Shown here one piece after another: positions 24,301-37,900 of a DNA stretch of 64,000 nucleotides (position 1 is the first letter of the stretch; each line of letters starts with the position of its first letter). The notes below the pieces were generated by a model, which had not been told where the DNA came from, did not search any database, and saw only the letters and a list, made by a program, of their open reading frames with translations. Source of the stretch: Paragordius varius (Eukaryota; Animalia; Nematomorpha); the NCBI GenBank assembly GCA_964247055.1, contig OZ176057.1, positions 124,001-188,000 on the forward strand, given 5' to 3'. Made by a program: the position numbers and the translations under genes.

Positions 24301-27300
24301 GATGAGTTTTAATGTTAAGTAATTGTGGCCGTTTTATTTTAGGCAAAAGGATATAATCGATCATGGTAGATGAGTTTGCTGTTTGAAAAGTGGTAAGTTG
24401 ATTGTGTTTTTTTGTGAAGTGGGTGTTGGCTATGATTAGTTGGTTTGTTTGGCAATATTCTAACATCTGTTCTCCCATCTTGTCAGTACTGCCATAGCCG
24501 TTTCCACCATGGACTTCCCTGAAATCGTGTTCATTATTACTAATGTGATTATTGAAGTCACCTCCTAAGAAGATGGATTCCTTGCCTGGTATTGTATTTG
24601 TTAGATCTTGGAGTTCCGTCCAAAATTGTTGTTTAATTTCGTCTTTTAAACCTGGTTGGGGCGCGTATATCGATATATTTAGGATGTAGTCATCGTGCAC
24701 AACCTTAAGCTGTATTATTCTTTCATTGTGTCTCGTTACTTGGATAACGTTTTCGCGAAGACAATTTTTAATCGCTATTGCTACACCCGTCTGACCATTT
24801 TCTTGTCCTTGATAATAGAGTGTGTAATTGTTCGTGGTAATTAAGTTGTCTCCTTTTAATCTGGTTTCTTGTAAGCAGCAGATGTCGACATTCTTAGATT
24901 CGAGAAAATCAATTATCATGTGTAATTTTCCATTTAAAGTACCGATGTTCCAGGTAGCGAATTTAAATGTGTTGAGATTATTCATAATTCAGGTGTCGTG
25001 TTTTTTTATAATTGTTATATCAGTATATTATTATAATTATTCGGTATTGGTATCGTTATGATGAAATAAAAGTATTAAATTAATTGGTAGGAGGATTTTG
25101 TAATAAGATATAATGTTAATAGTAAGAAAAATTAAATAAGTAAATATATTATTGTTATGATAGTAGATAGAAGTTATTAATAATGTAATATCAATTATTA
25201 TTATCGTTTCGTTTGAGAGTAAGTAGTTTTTGAATAAGACGTGTTCATGGTGTATAGGTTGAGGCGAGGTTTTTACTTTTCACATGCCCTTGTGAAAAAA
25301 CTCCTTACGGAGTAGATGTTTTTGCAGAACATCCAAAACTGGCCTCTGCTGTTCGTACACCAAAGGTGATCCGACCAACACCGCGGGGAGGTAGCAGTAG
25401 GACTTTGTTGGTCCTACTGGTTGTAGAGAGGGAATTGTTTTTTTAAGTTTAAGGTGGTGGCTGGCCTTGTTGGAAAGACATGTTGAAAGTTTTTTTTACG
25501 AATTCTTTTAAAATGTTTCCATTTTTATTTGGGAATTTTATTCTAAATATGAGTGGAAAATAAGCAGATAATGTATGTGAGATTTGCAATCTCCACATCT
25601 AATAAGATGTTCATTTAGTTTTATTGTTAGAAAGCTAATTCTTAAACGATATTTTTGTCCGAATAGAAACCAGAATGAGAATATTTGTCAAAAGCCATCA
25701 TTAGAAATTCAAAACTTAATGCTCCAAAAAACAATTTAATTTCATCATTCCCTTCCTATCCGTGATTTTATTGATATGGAAGAACCTAAAGTTGTTAGAT
25801 ATCTAAAATTTACGTTACAATATAATCACACGTTAGGGTGCATATATAAAATAAAGATTATGGTTTTCTTAATAAAATAACAGTATTTTACACATTTAAT
25901 TAAAGGATTTATTTTTGATATTTTTTGATGTGATTATTTCTATATTGATTGTTATTTGTAGCAATCAAATATTTCGATGATTTTTTAGGGGCAGATCTTA
26001 AAGAAAGAATATCTATGCCAATAGAACGGGTCGGAGATCATGTTCAAAAAATGCGCAATCTTTTCCAACGTTTCTATCGACTTCCTCAATTAACCATTGC
26101 GGCTTTAGATGGTTCAGCTTTTGGTGGGGGTTTAGAATTGGCCCTATCAGCTGATATGAGAATAACCAGTATTTAATATACTTTTTATTCGAATTTATAT
26201 ATTGTAAAGACAGAACGTTAAATAATTAGGTAAATATTTATTTAAATATAACGACCATTTTTATCCTTTACTTATAGTTTTTTCAAAAAAGGAAAAACTC
26301 TATCGCATATTATAACATAAATCATAAGGGTTATATTTAATATCTTATATTTAGCACTTTTAATTTTTACTGTATAGAAACTTATACGTATCAATATATA
26401 TGACTTTAGCTGACACTTCTAAGCTTGGTTTAGTTGAAACGAAATTAGGCATCATTCCTGGAGCTGGTATATATTTTAATGAATATATATTAACGATGAA
26501 TTCGATAATTAAATTTATATATAAAGTCTAATAATCTTTTTATTATCATTTAGATTCGTTTTGTTCAAATTTTACTAAATCTTTGCGCTTAATAAAGGCT
26601 TTAGCACAGTGCTTTCCAACGCTAATAATTTAAAGAATTTAATTAAATAATAAAACTTAAAACAAATCGTAGAATTTCTGGTGCGAATTATCATAATTTG
26701 TAAGCAATATGGAAAAAATATTTGAAAAATGCAGATATAGGGATCTCTTGATTGGGCTTATAACATAAAATATTTAGATTTTATCTTGGATTTTTGAGAA
26801 GCAAGAATTTTTAATATGTTGGGCCTCATCAAAAAAAGAGCACTGCTTTAGATTAATATTGTAAGACTGAACGTATAAATATAAACAATAAAATTATTAT
26901 TTTTTATGTTAAGAGCTTTTCCTTTAAGAAAGATTTATTTTCCTTTTTTATAATTGAAGGTGGAACCCAAAGATTAGCAAGACTGATTGGCACTCTTAAA
27001 GCTAAAGAACTCATTTTCTCCGGTTCTATTATTGATGGACAATTAGCCGAACAGCTGGGTTTAGTTAATCAATCCATCAAAATTGACCACACATCTAAGA
27101 CAGATTTTAATTCAAAAACTTAACTTAAACCCTTTTTGGAACCACCAATTATTTTTGACCAAAATTATGTTTAATTTAGAGGCGGTAATGTTCCAATTAC
27201 GATTTAAAAAATATGTTTATTTTAAAAGTTACTTTTTCCAGTTTTTTAACTGATTCTCTATTAATCGAATTCCTTTGTTTTGGTATATGCAGTAAAAGTA

Positions 27301-28241
27301 GAATTTATACGGGCAAAACTTTACAATTTAATGGCAAATATTTTTTTCAAAAGACAACAATACTTTTTTAATCAATTTTTAATTATAACTCATTGTTTAT
27401 TGCATAGGATGAAACCGAGATGTATATGCAAACATAATTAATTAAATATATAACGATTTTGACTAATAAATTATAAAGGAAAATTAGATTTAGAATGGTT
27501 GTCTTTTGAGAAAAATATTTGTTATATTTTTACGTTTTGTCCGCGTAATTTCAGTTTTTACTGTACTTGTTTACCATGATTGGAGTTTCTTGGCATTTAA
27601 ATCATTGGAATATGTCAAACAAATGGTATCACATTTTTAGGTCATAAGTTAATATGTCATATCTGATTAGATTACTAATTTTTTAATGACTTCTTTATAA
27701 ATATAACTCTAGAGAACAATTCAAACGAACATAGAAATGTCATTTTCCCAGCTTACGAGAGATCCTTGGAATTAGCAACTCAAATTTTGCAAAATTGTGT
27801 AAATAATTCAGCTAAATTTATACCCAAATATATTATTTACCTTTATGTAAAATTTAAAAGAGGTTTTTGAATGAGATAATTAAATAAGCTTGTGCTAATC
27901 GATTTTTTTATATTGATTTAGGACAAATCATTAGTTTCAACCTTTGGTTTTCTAAAATTATAACTTGTAAAACTTGTGCTTTATTTTTGATGTAGAGTCC
28001 TTTGAGTATTCGTTGTGCTAAAAAAGCCATTGATGAAGGAATGGACACAACAATAGAAAATGGTTTAGAAATTGAAAGAACTTGTTATGAAACTGTACGT
28101 AAAATTCCAATAGATAATTATGCTCTTAAACAATTTGTCTATAATAAATTTCATAAAATTTAGGTCATTTATTCAAACGACAGATTGGAAGGCTTAAAAG
28201 CATTTACTGAAAAAAGGAAACCAATTTTTAAAGGAAATTAA
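21344..28241 (+). CDS. AUH: AUH-like methylglutaconyl-CoA hydratase (enoyl-CoA hydratase/isomerase family), copy 1; exons 21344-21526 (possible 21-nt intron 21438-21458), 21608-21695, 25989-26168, 26410-26466, 26960-~27103, ~27713-27798, 27996-28094, 28164-28241
   Basis: Motifs [99 protein letters not shown]. The donor after exon 6 is not canonical, so functionality is uncertain. Confidence 0.88.
22067..24985 (-). pseudogene. RTE ORF: APE endonuclease + reverse transcriptase + embedded PHD finger; one in-frame TAA at 23609-23611
   Basis: APE motifs [23 protein letters not shown]; RT motifs [30 protein letters not shown]; C4HC3 finger CAIC..C..C..WVH..C..C..C. The two ORF-track ORFs are in one frame, joined by L*KAIQKM. 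Confidence 0.92.
25346..25413 (-). ncRNA. HDV-like self-cleaving ribozyme at the 5' end of the RTE element
   Basis: Hand-folded nested double pseudoknot: P1 GACCAAC/GUUGGUC, P2 CUGCU/AGCAG, P3 ACC/GGU, L3 UCCCCGC, P1.1 CC/GG, P4 CACC-UUU-GGUG, J4/2 CGAA with the putative catalytic C at 25355. Confidence 0.85.
27290..27563. mobile_element. Small TIR element (Tc1/mariner-like MITE family); related copy at 61162-61438, partial copies near 10650-10990 and 28785-28850
   Basis: Termini CAGTAAAA...TTTTACTG|TA with long imperfect inverted arms (TTATACGG[G/A]CAAAA / TTTTGTCCGC.TAA; ATGGTTGTCTTTT motif). Confidence 0.55.
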
Positions 28242-28965
28242 TTAATTGATCATGTTTTATTTAATAAATTTTATTATATATATAACACATGAAGATATTT
28301 ATCAGTTAATTTTGTTAGATAAAAAACGTGATGATGAATGTCCTTTTTTAATTATTTAATTAGACACAAAGTATACGTTGTTAGCGAAATTTAAATAATT
28401 CCACTTTATGTGGGAATCTATTGTGTTAAATTAAAAAATAATAATACCTCCTTGATGTGTACAAAAACTAATGGAAATTTTCTCGATCACAGACAGCCCT
28501 TATATTGTTGATTTGGATTAACTTTTAGGCCTATAATAATTCTTTATAAAGACATGTATAATCAGTATAATAAATTTCCATTTATTAATATTAAAAATAA
28601 ATAATTTTTTTAAAAAATTTACCATATCTTCTCTTAATTCCTTTTAAATTTATCATCTCTTTATGTGAAAGGGTGATTTATCTCAATTATATGACTTTTG
28701 CAATTATATAATTTATGTAGGAAATATCTTGCAATATGGCGTAACTATACATACGATAGCTAAAACAACGATATCTAGGTTATGAAAAGTATGGTTGTTT
28801 TTTATAAAAAAATCGTCTTTTAGTTTTAACGTTTTGACCGTCAAATGTTTGGTATAATAAGATTTTTGATCTAGTTAACAAATTGTTTTAAGCATGAGCT
28901 TCTTTGACTTGCGCAACAATCATTTTATTAAATTTAATGTTTTTTTAAATTTTAACAATAATTCA

Positions 28966-31900
28966 CCTTCATCCATCCTAATACTGAAACGTCGCGGTTT
29001 CGGTGGCGGATGGATGTAAACCCAATATACGAGAATCCATTAAGACAGTTGCATCAATCAGGTCCAAGTCTTACAAAAAACCGTCCGGCAAAATCTGTTC
29101 AAATTGGTTCACAGCCAAATCAACCAACCTTCCTAACTCCATCTATCCTAATACTGAAAAGGGGTGGCTTCGGTGGCGGATGGATGTTAACACAATATAC
29201 GATATTCCATTAAGACCGTTGCATCAATCAGGTCCAAGTCTTACAAAAAACCTACCGGCAAAATCTGTTCAAATTGGTTCTCAGCCAAATCAACCAACCT
29301 TCCTAACTCCATCTATCCTAATACTGAAAAGGGGTGGTTTCGGTGGCGGATGGATGTAAACTCAATATACGAATTCCATTAAGCCTGTTGCATCAATCAG
29401 GTCCAAGTCTTAAAAAAATCGTTACGGAAAATCTGTTCAAATTGGTTCTCAGCCAAATCAACCAACCTTCCTAACTCCATCTATCCTAATACTGAAAAGG
29501 GGTGGCTTCGGTGGCGGATGGATGTAAACTCAATATACGATATTCCATTAAGACAGTTGCATCAATCAGGTCCAAGTCTTACAAAAAACCGTTACGCAAA
29601 ATCTGTTCAAATTGGTTTTCAGCCAAATCAACCAACCTTCCTAACTCCATCTATCCTAATACTGAAAAGGGGTGGTTTCGGTGGCGGATGGATGTAAACT
29701 CAATATACGAATTCCATTAAGCCTGTTGCATCAATCAGGTCCAAGTCTTACAAAAAACCTACCGGCAAAATCTGTTCAAATTGGTTCTCAGCCAAATCAA
29801 CCAACCTTCCTAACTCCATCTATCCTAATACTGAAAAGGGGTGGTTTCGGTGGCGGATGGATGTAAACTCAATATACGAGAATCCATTAAGACAGTTGCA
29901 TCAATCAGGTCCAAGTCTTACAAAAAACCGTCCGGCAAAATCTGTTCAAATTGGTTCACAGCCAAATCAACCAACCTTCCTAACTCCATCTATCCTAATA
30001 CTGAAAAGGGGTGGCTTCGGTGGCGGATGGATGTTAACACAATATACGATATTCCATTAAGACCGTTGCATCAATCAGGTCCAAGTCTTACAAAAAACCT
30101 ACCGGCAAAATCTGTTCAAATTGGTTCTCAGCCAAATCAACCAACCTTCCTAACTCCATCTATCCTAATACTGAAAAGGGGTGGTTTCGGTGGCGGATGG
30201 ATGTAAACTCAATATACGAATTCCATTAAGCCTGTTGCATCAATCAGGTCCAAGTCTTAAAAAAATCGTTACGGAAAATCTGTTCAAATTGGTTCTCAGC
30301 CAAATCAACCAACCTTCCTAACTCCATCTATCCTAATACTGAAAAGGGGTGGCTTCGGTGGCGGATGGATGTAAACTCAATATACGATATTCCATTAAGA
30401 CAGTTGCATCAATCAGGTCCAAGTCTTACAAAAAACCGTTACGCAAAATCTGTTCAAATTGGTTTTCAGCCAAATCAACCAACCTTCCTAACTCCATCTA
30501 TCCTAATACTGAAAAGGGGTGGTTTCGGTGGCGGATGGATGTAAACTCAATATACGAGAATCCATTAAGACAGTTGCATCAATCAGGTCCAAGTCTTACA
30601 AAAAACCGTCCGGCAAAATCTGTTCAAATTGGTTCACAGCCAAATCAACCAACCTTCCTAACTCCATCTATCCTAATACTGAAAAGGGGTGGCTTCGGTG
30701 GCGGATGGATGTTAACACAATATACGATATTCCATTAAGACCGTTGCATCAATCAGGTCCAAGTCTTACAAAAAACCGTCCGGCAAAATCTCTTCAAATT
30801 GGTTCTCAGCCAAATCAACCAACCTTCCTAACTCCATCTATCCTAATACTGAAATGGGGTGGCTTCGGTGGCGGATGGATGTAAACTCAATATACGATAT
30901 TTCATTAAGACAGTTGCATCAATCAGGTCCAAGTCTTACAAAAAAACGTCCGGCAAAATCTGTTCAAATTGGTTCTCAGCCAAATCAACCTTCCTAACTC
31001 CATCTATCCTAATACTGAAAAGGGGTGGCTTCGATGGCGGATGGATGTAAACTCAATATACGATATTTCATTAAGACAGTTGCATCAATCAGGTCCAAGT
31101 CTTACAAAAAACCGTCCGGCAAAATCTGTTCAAATTGGTTCTCAGCCAAATCAACCAACCTTCCTAACTCCATCTATCCCAATACTGAAAAGGGGTGGCT
31201 TCGGTGGCGGATGGATGTTAACACAATATACGATATTCCATTAAGACCGTTGCATCAATCAGGTCCAAGTCTTACAAAAAACCTACCGGCAAAATCTGTT
31301 CAAATTGGTTTTCAGCCAAATCAACCAACCTTCCTAACTCCATCTATCCTAATACTGAAAAGGGGTGGTTTCGGTGGCGGATGGATGTAAACTCAATATA
31401 CGAATTCCATTAAGCCTGTTGCATCAATCAGGTCCAAGTCTTAAAAAAATCGTTACGGAAAATCTGTTCAAATTGGTTCTCAGCCAAATCAACCAACCTT
31501 CCTAACTCCATCTATCCTAATACTGAAAAGGGGTGGCTTCGGTGGCGGATGGATGTAAACTCAATATACGATATTCCATTAAGACAGTTGCATCAATCAG
31601 GTCCAAGTCTTACAAAAAACCGTTACGCAAAATCTGTTCAAATTGGTTCTCAGCCAAATCAACCAATCCTAACTCCGTCTATCCTAATACTGAAAAGGGG
31701 TGGCTTCGGTGGCGGATGGATGTAAACTCAATATACGATATTTCATTAAGACAGTTGCATCAATCAGGTCTAAGTCTTACAAAAAACCGTCCGGCAAAAT
31801 CTGTTCAAATTGGTTCTCAGCCAAATCAACCAACCTTTCTAACTCCATCTATCCTAATACTGAAAAGGGGTGGCTTCGGTGGCGGATGGATGTAAACTCA

Positions 31901-34900
31901 ATATACGATATTCCATTAAGACCGTTGTATCAATCAGGTCCAAGTCTTACAAAAAACCATCCGGCAAAATCTATTCAAATTGGTGCTCAGCCAAATCAAC
32001 CAACCTTCCTAACTCCATCTATCCTAATACTGAAAAGGGGTGGTTTCGGTGGCGGATGGATGTAAACTCAATATACGAATTCCATTAAGACAGTTGCATC
32101 AATCAGTTCCAAGTCTTACAAAAAACGTCCGGCAAAATCTGTTCAAATTGGTTCTCACCCAAATCAACCAACCTTTCTAACTCCATCTATCCTAATACTG
32201 AAAAGGGGTGGCTTCGGTGGCGGATGGATGTAAACTCAATATACGATATTCCATTAAGACAGTTGCATCAATCAGGTTTAAGTCTTACAAAAAAGCGTCC
32301 GGCAAAATCTGTTCAAATTGGTTCTCAGCCAAATCAACCAACCTTACTAACTCCTACTATCCTAATACTGAAAAGGGGTGGCTTCGGTGGCGGATGGATG
32401 TAAACTCAATATACGATATTCCATTAAGACAGTTGCATCAATCAGGTTTAAGTCTTACAAAAAAGCGTCCGGCAAAATCTGTTCAAATTGGTTCTCAGCC
32501 AAATCAACCAACCTTACTAACTCCTACTATCCTAATACTGAAAAGGGGTGGCTTCGATGGCGGATGGATGTAAACTCAATATACGATATTTCATTAAGAC
32601 AGTTGCATCAATCAGGTCCAAGTCTTACAAAAAACCGTCCGGCAAAATCTGTTCAAATTGGTTCTCAGCCAAATCAACCAACCTTCCTAACTCCATCTAT
32701 CCTAATACTGAAAAGGGGTGGTTTCGGTGGCGGATGGATGTAAACTCAATATACGAATTCCATTACGCAATCAGGTCCAAGTCTTACAAAAAACCGTCCG
32801 GCAAAATCTGTTCAAATTGGTTCTCAGCCAAATCAACCAATCCTAACTGGGTCTATCCTAATACTGAAAAGGGTGGCTTCGGTGGCGGATGGATGTAAAC
32901 TCAATATACGATATTTCATTAAGACAGTTGCATCAATCAGGTCTAAGTCTTACAAAAAACCGTCCGGCAAAATCTGTTCAAATTGGTTCTCAGCCAAATC
33001 AACCAACCTTTCTAACTCCATCTATCCTAATACTGAAAAGGGGTGGCTTCGGTGGCGGATGGATGTAAACTCAATATACGATATTCCATTAAGACAGTTG
33101 CATCAATCAGGTTTAAGTCTTACAAAAAAGCGTCCGGCAAAATCTGTTCAAATTGGTTCTCAGCCAAATCAACCAATCCTAACTCCGTCTATCCTAATAC
33201 TGAAAAGGGGTGGTTTCGGTGGCGGATGGATGTAAACTCAATATACGATATTCCATTAAGACCGTTGTATCAATCAGGTCCAAGTCTTACAAAAAACCAT
33301 CCGGCAAAATCTATTCAAATTGGTGCTCAGCCAAATCAACCAACCTTCCTAACTCCATCTATCCTAATACTGAAAAGGGGTGGTTTCGGTGGCGGATGGA
33401 TGTAAACTCAATATACGAATATCCATTACGCAATCAGGTCCAAGTCTTACAAAAAACCGTCCGGCAAAATCTGTTCAAATTGGTTCTCAGCCAAATCAAC
33501 CAATCCTAACTCCGTCTATCCTAATACTGAAAAGGGGTGGCTTCGGTGGCGGATGGATGTAAACTCAATATACGATATTTCATTAAGACAGTTGCATCAA
33601 TCAGGTCTAAGTCTTACAAAAAACCGTCCGGCAAAATCTGTTCAAATTGGTTCTCAGCCAAATCAACCAACCTTTCTAACTCCATCTATCCTAATACTGA
33701 AAAGGGGTGGCTTCGGTGGCGGATGGATGTAAACTCAATATACGATATTCCATTAAGACAGTTGCATCAATCAGGTTTAAGTCTTACAAAAAAGCGTCCG
33801 GCAAAATCTGTTCAAATTGGTTCTCAGCCAAATCAATCAACCTTACTAACTCCTACTATCCTAATACTGAAAAGGGGTGGCTTCGATGGCGGATGGATGT
33901 AAACTCAATATACGATATTTCATTAAGACAGTTGCATCAATCAGGTCCAAGTCTTACAAAAAACCGTCCGGCAAAATCTGTTCAAATTGGTTCTCAGCCA
34001 AATCAACCAACCTTCCTAACTCCATCTATCCTAATACTGAAAAGGGGTGGTTTCGGTGGCGGATGGATGTAAACTCAATATACGAATTCCATTAAGCCTG
34101 TTGCATCAATCAGGTCCAAGTCTTAAAAAAATCGTTACGGAAATTCTGTTCAAATTGGTTCTCAGCCAAATCAACCAACCTTCCTAACTCCATCTATCCT
34201 AATACTGAAAAGGGGTGGCTTCGGTGGCGGATGGATGTAAACTCAATATACGATATTCCATTAAGACAGTTGCATCAATCAGGTCTAAGTCTTACAAAAA
34301 ACCGTCCGGCAAAATCTGTTCAAATTGGTTCTCAGCCAAATCAACCAACCTTCCCTCCATCTATCCTAATACTGAAAAGGGGTGGCTTCGGTGGCGGATG
34401 GATGTAAACTCAATATACGAGATTCCATTAAGACAGTTGCATCAATCAGGTTTAAGTCTTACAAAAAACCGTCCGGCAAAATCTGTTCAAATTGGTTCTC
34501 AGCCAAATCAACCAACCTTACTAACTCCATCTATCCTAATACTGAAAAGGGGTGGCTTCGGTGGCGGATGGATGTAAACTCAATATACGAATATCCATTA
34601 CGCAATCAGGTCCAAGTCTTACAAAAAACCGTCCGGCAAAATCTGTTCAAATTGGTTGTCAGCCAAATCAACCAATCTTCCTAACTCCGTCTATCCTAAT
34701 ACTGAAAAGGGGTGGCTTCGGTGGCGGATGGATGTAAACTCAATATACGATATTCCATTAAGACAGTTGCATCAATCAGGTCCAAGTCTTACAAAAAACC
34801 GTTACGCAAAATCTGTTCAAATTGGTTCTCAGCCAAATCAACCAACCTTCCTAACTCCATCTATCCTAATACTGAAAGGGGGTGGTTTCGGTGGCGGATG

Positions 34901-37900
34901 GATGTAAACTCAATATACGAATTCCATTAAGACAGTTGCATCAATCAGGTCCAAGTCTTACAAAAAACGTCCGGCAAAATCTGTTCAAATTGGTTCTCAC
35001 CCAAATCAACCAACCTTCCTAACTCCATCTATCCTAATACTGAAAAGGGGTGGTTTCGGTGGCGGATGGATGTAAACTCAATATACGAATTCCATTAAGC
35101 CTGTTGCATCAATCAGGTCCAAGTCTTACAAAAAACCTACCGGCAAAATCTGTTCAAATTGGTTCTCAGCCAAATCAACCAACCTTCCTAACTCCATCTA
35201 TCCTAATACTGAAAAGGGGTGGCTTCGGTGGCGGATGGATGTAAACTCAATATACGATATTCCATTAAGACAGTTGCATCAATCAGGTCCAAGTCTTACA
35301 AAAAACCGTTACGCAAAATCTGTTCAAATTGGTTCTCAGCCAAATCAACCAACCTTCCTAACTCCATCTATCCTAATACTGAAAAGGGGTGGCTTCGGTG
35401 GCGGATGGATGTAAACTCAATATACGATATTCCATTAAGACCGTTGCATCAATCAGGTCCAAGTCTTAAAAAAATCGTTACCCAAAATCTGTTCAAATTG
35501 GTTCTCAGCCAAATCAACCAACCTTCCTAACTCCATCTATCCTAATACTGAAAAGGGGTTCGGTGCGGATGGATGTAAACTCAATATACGATATTCCATT
35601 AAGACAGTTGCATCAATCAGGTCCAAGTCTTACAAAAAACCGTTACGCAAAATCTGTTCAAATTGGTTCTCAGCCAAATCAACCAATCTTCCTAACTCCG
35701 TCTATCCTAATAATGAAAAGGGGTGGCTTCGGTGGCGGATGGATGTAAACTCAATATACGATATTTCATTAAGACAGTTGCATCAATCAGGTCCAAGTCT
35801 TACAAAAAACCGTCCGGCAAAATCTGTTCAAATTGGTTCTCAGCCAAATCAACCAACCTTCCTAACTCCATCTATCCTAATACTGAAATGGGGTGGCTTC
35901 GGTGGCGGATGGATGTAAACTCAATATACGATATTTCATTAAGACAGTTGCATCAATCAGGTCCAAGTCTTACAAAAAACCGTCCGGCAAAATCTGTTCA
36001 AATTGGTTCTCAGCCAAATCAACCAACCTTCCTAACTCCATCTATCCTAATACTGAAAAGGGGTGGCTTCGATGGCGGATGGATGTAAACTCAATATACG
36101 ATATTTCATTAAGACAGTTGCATCAATCAGGTCCAAGTCTTACAAAAAACCGTCCGGCAAAATCTGTTCAAATTGGTTCACAGCCAAATCAACCAACCTT
36201 CCTAACTCCATCTATCCTAATACTGAAAAGGGGTGGCTTCGGTGGCGGATGGATGTAAACTCAATATACGATATTCCATTAAGACAGTTGCATCAATCAG
36301 GTCCAAGTCTTACAAAAAACCTACCGGCAAAATCTGTTCAAATTGGTTCTCAGCCAAATCAACCAACCTTCCTAACTCCATCTATCCTAATACTGAAAAG
36401 GGGTGGCTTCGGTGGCGGATGGATGTAAACTCAATATACGATATTCCATTAAGACAGTTGCATCAATCAGGTCCAAGTCTTACAAAAAACCGTTACGCAA
36501 AATCTGTTCAAATTGGTTCTCAGCCAAATCAACCAACCTTCCTAACTCCATCTATCCTAATACTGAAAAGGGGTGGCTTCGGTGGCGGATGGATGTAAAC
36601 TCAATATACGATATTCCATTAAGACCGTTGCATCAATCAGGTCCAAGTCTTAAAAAAATCGTTACGCAAAATCTGTTCAAATTGGTTCTCAGCCAAATCA
36701 ACCAACCTTCCTAACTCCATCTATCCTAATACTGAAAAGGGGTTCGGTGCGGATGGATGTAAACTCAATATACGATATTCCATTAAGACAGTGGCATCAA
36801 TCAGGTCCAAGTCTTACAAAAAACCGTTACGCAAAATCTGTTCAAATTGGTTCTCAGCCAAATCAACCAATCTTCCTAACTCCGTCTATCCTAATAATGA
36901 AAAGGGGTGGCTTCGGTGGCGGATGGATGTAAACTCAATATACGATATTTCATTAAGACAGTTGCATCAATCAGGTCCAAGTCTTACAAAAAACCGTCCG
37001 GCAAAATCTGTTCAAATTGGTTCTCAGCCAAATCAACCAACCTTCCTAACTCCATCTATCCTAATACTGAAATGGGATGGCTTCGGTGGCGGATGGATGT
37101 AAACTCAATATACGATATTTCATTAAGACAGTTGCATCAATCAGGTCCAAGTCTTACAAAAAACCGTCCGGCAAAATCTGTTCAAATTGGTTCTCAGCCA
37201 AATCAACCAACCTTCCTAACTCCATCTATCCTAATACTGAAAAGGGGTGGCTTCGATGGCGGATGGATGTAAACTCAATATACGATATTTCATTAAGACA
37301 GTTGCATCAATCAGGTCCAAGTCTTACAAAAAACCGTCCGGCAAAATCTGTTCAAATTGGTTCACAGCCAAATCAACCAACCTTCCTAACTCCATCTATC
37401 CTAATACTGAAAAGGGGTGGCTTCGGTGGCGGATGGATGTTAACACAATATACGATATTCCATTAAGACCGTTGCATCAATCAGGTCCAAGTCTTACAAA
37501 AAACCTACCGGCAAAATCTGTTCAAATTGGTTCTCAGCCAAATCAACCAACCTTCCTAACTCCATCTATCCTAATACTGAAAAGGGGTGGTTTCGGTGGC
37601 GGATGGATGTAAACTCAATATACGAATTCCATTAAGCCTGTTGCATCAATCAGGTCCAAGTCTTAAAAAAATCGTTACGGAAAATCTGTTCAAATTGGTT
37701 CTCAGCCAAATCAACCAACCTTCCTAACTCCATCTATCCTAATACTGAAAAGGGGTGGCTTCGGTGGCGGATGGATGTAAACTCAATATACGATATTCCA
37801 TTAAGACAGTTGCATCAATCAGGTCCAAGTCTTACAAAAAACAGTTACGCAAAATCTGTTCAAATTGGTTCTCAGCCAAATCAACCAATCCTAACTCCGT

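Larger units (their letters stand above)
21997..25417 (-). mobile_element. Full-length RTE-clade non-LTR retrotransposon, antisense in AUH copy-1 intron 3
   Basis: TSD TAGTTGTAGAGA (21985-21996) / TGGTTGTAGAGA (25418-25429); empty site in AUH copy 2 at ~62828-62845; 3' tail of ATCAAGT tandem repeats; single APE+RT frame. Confidence 0.93.
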
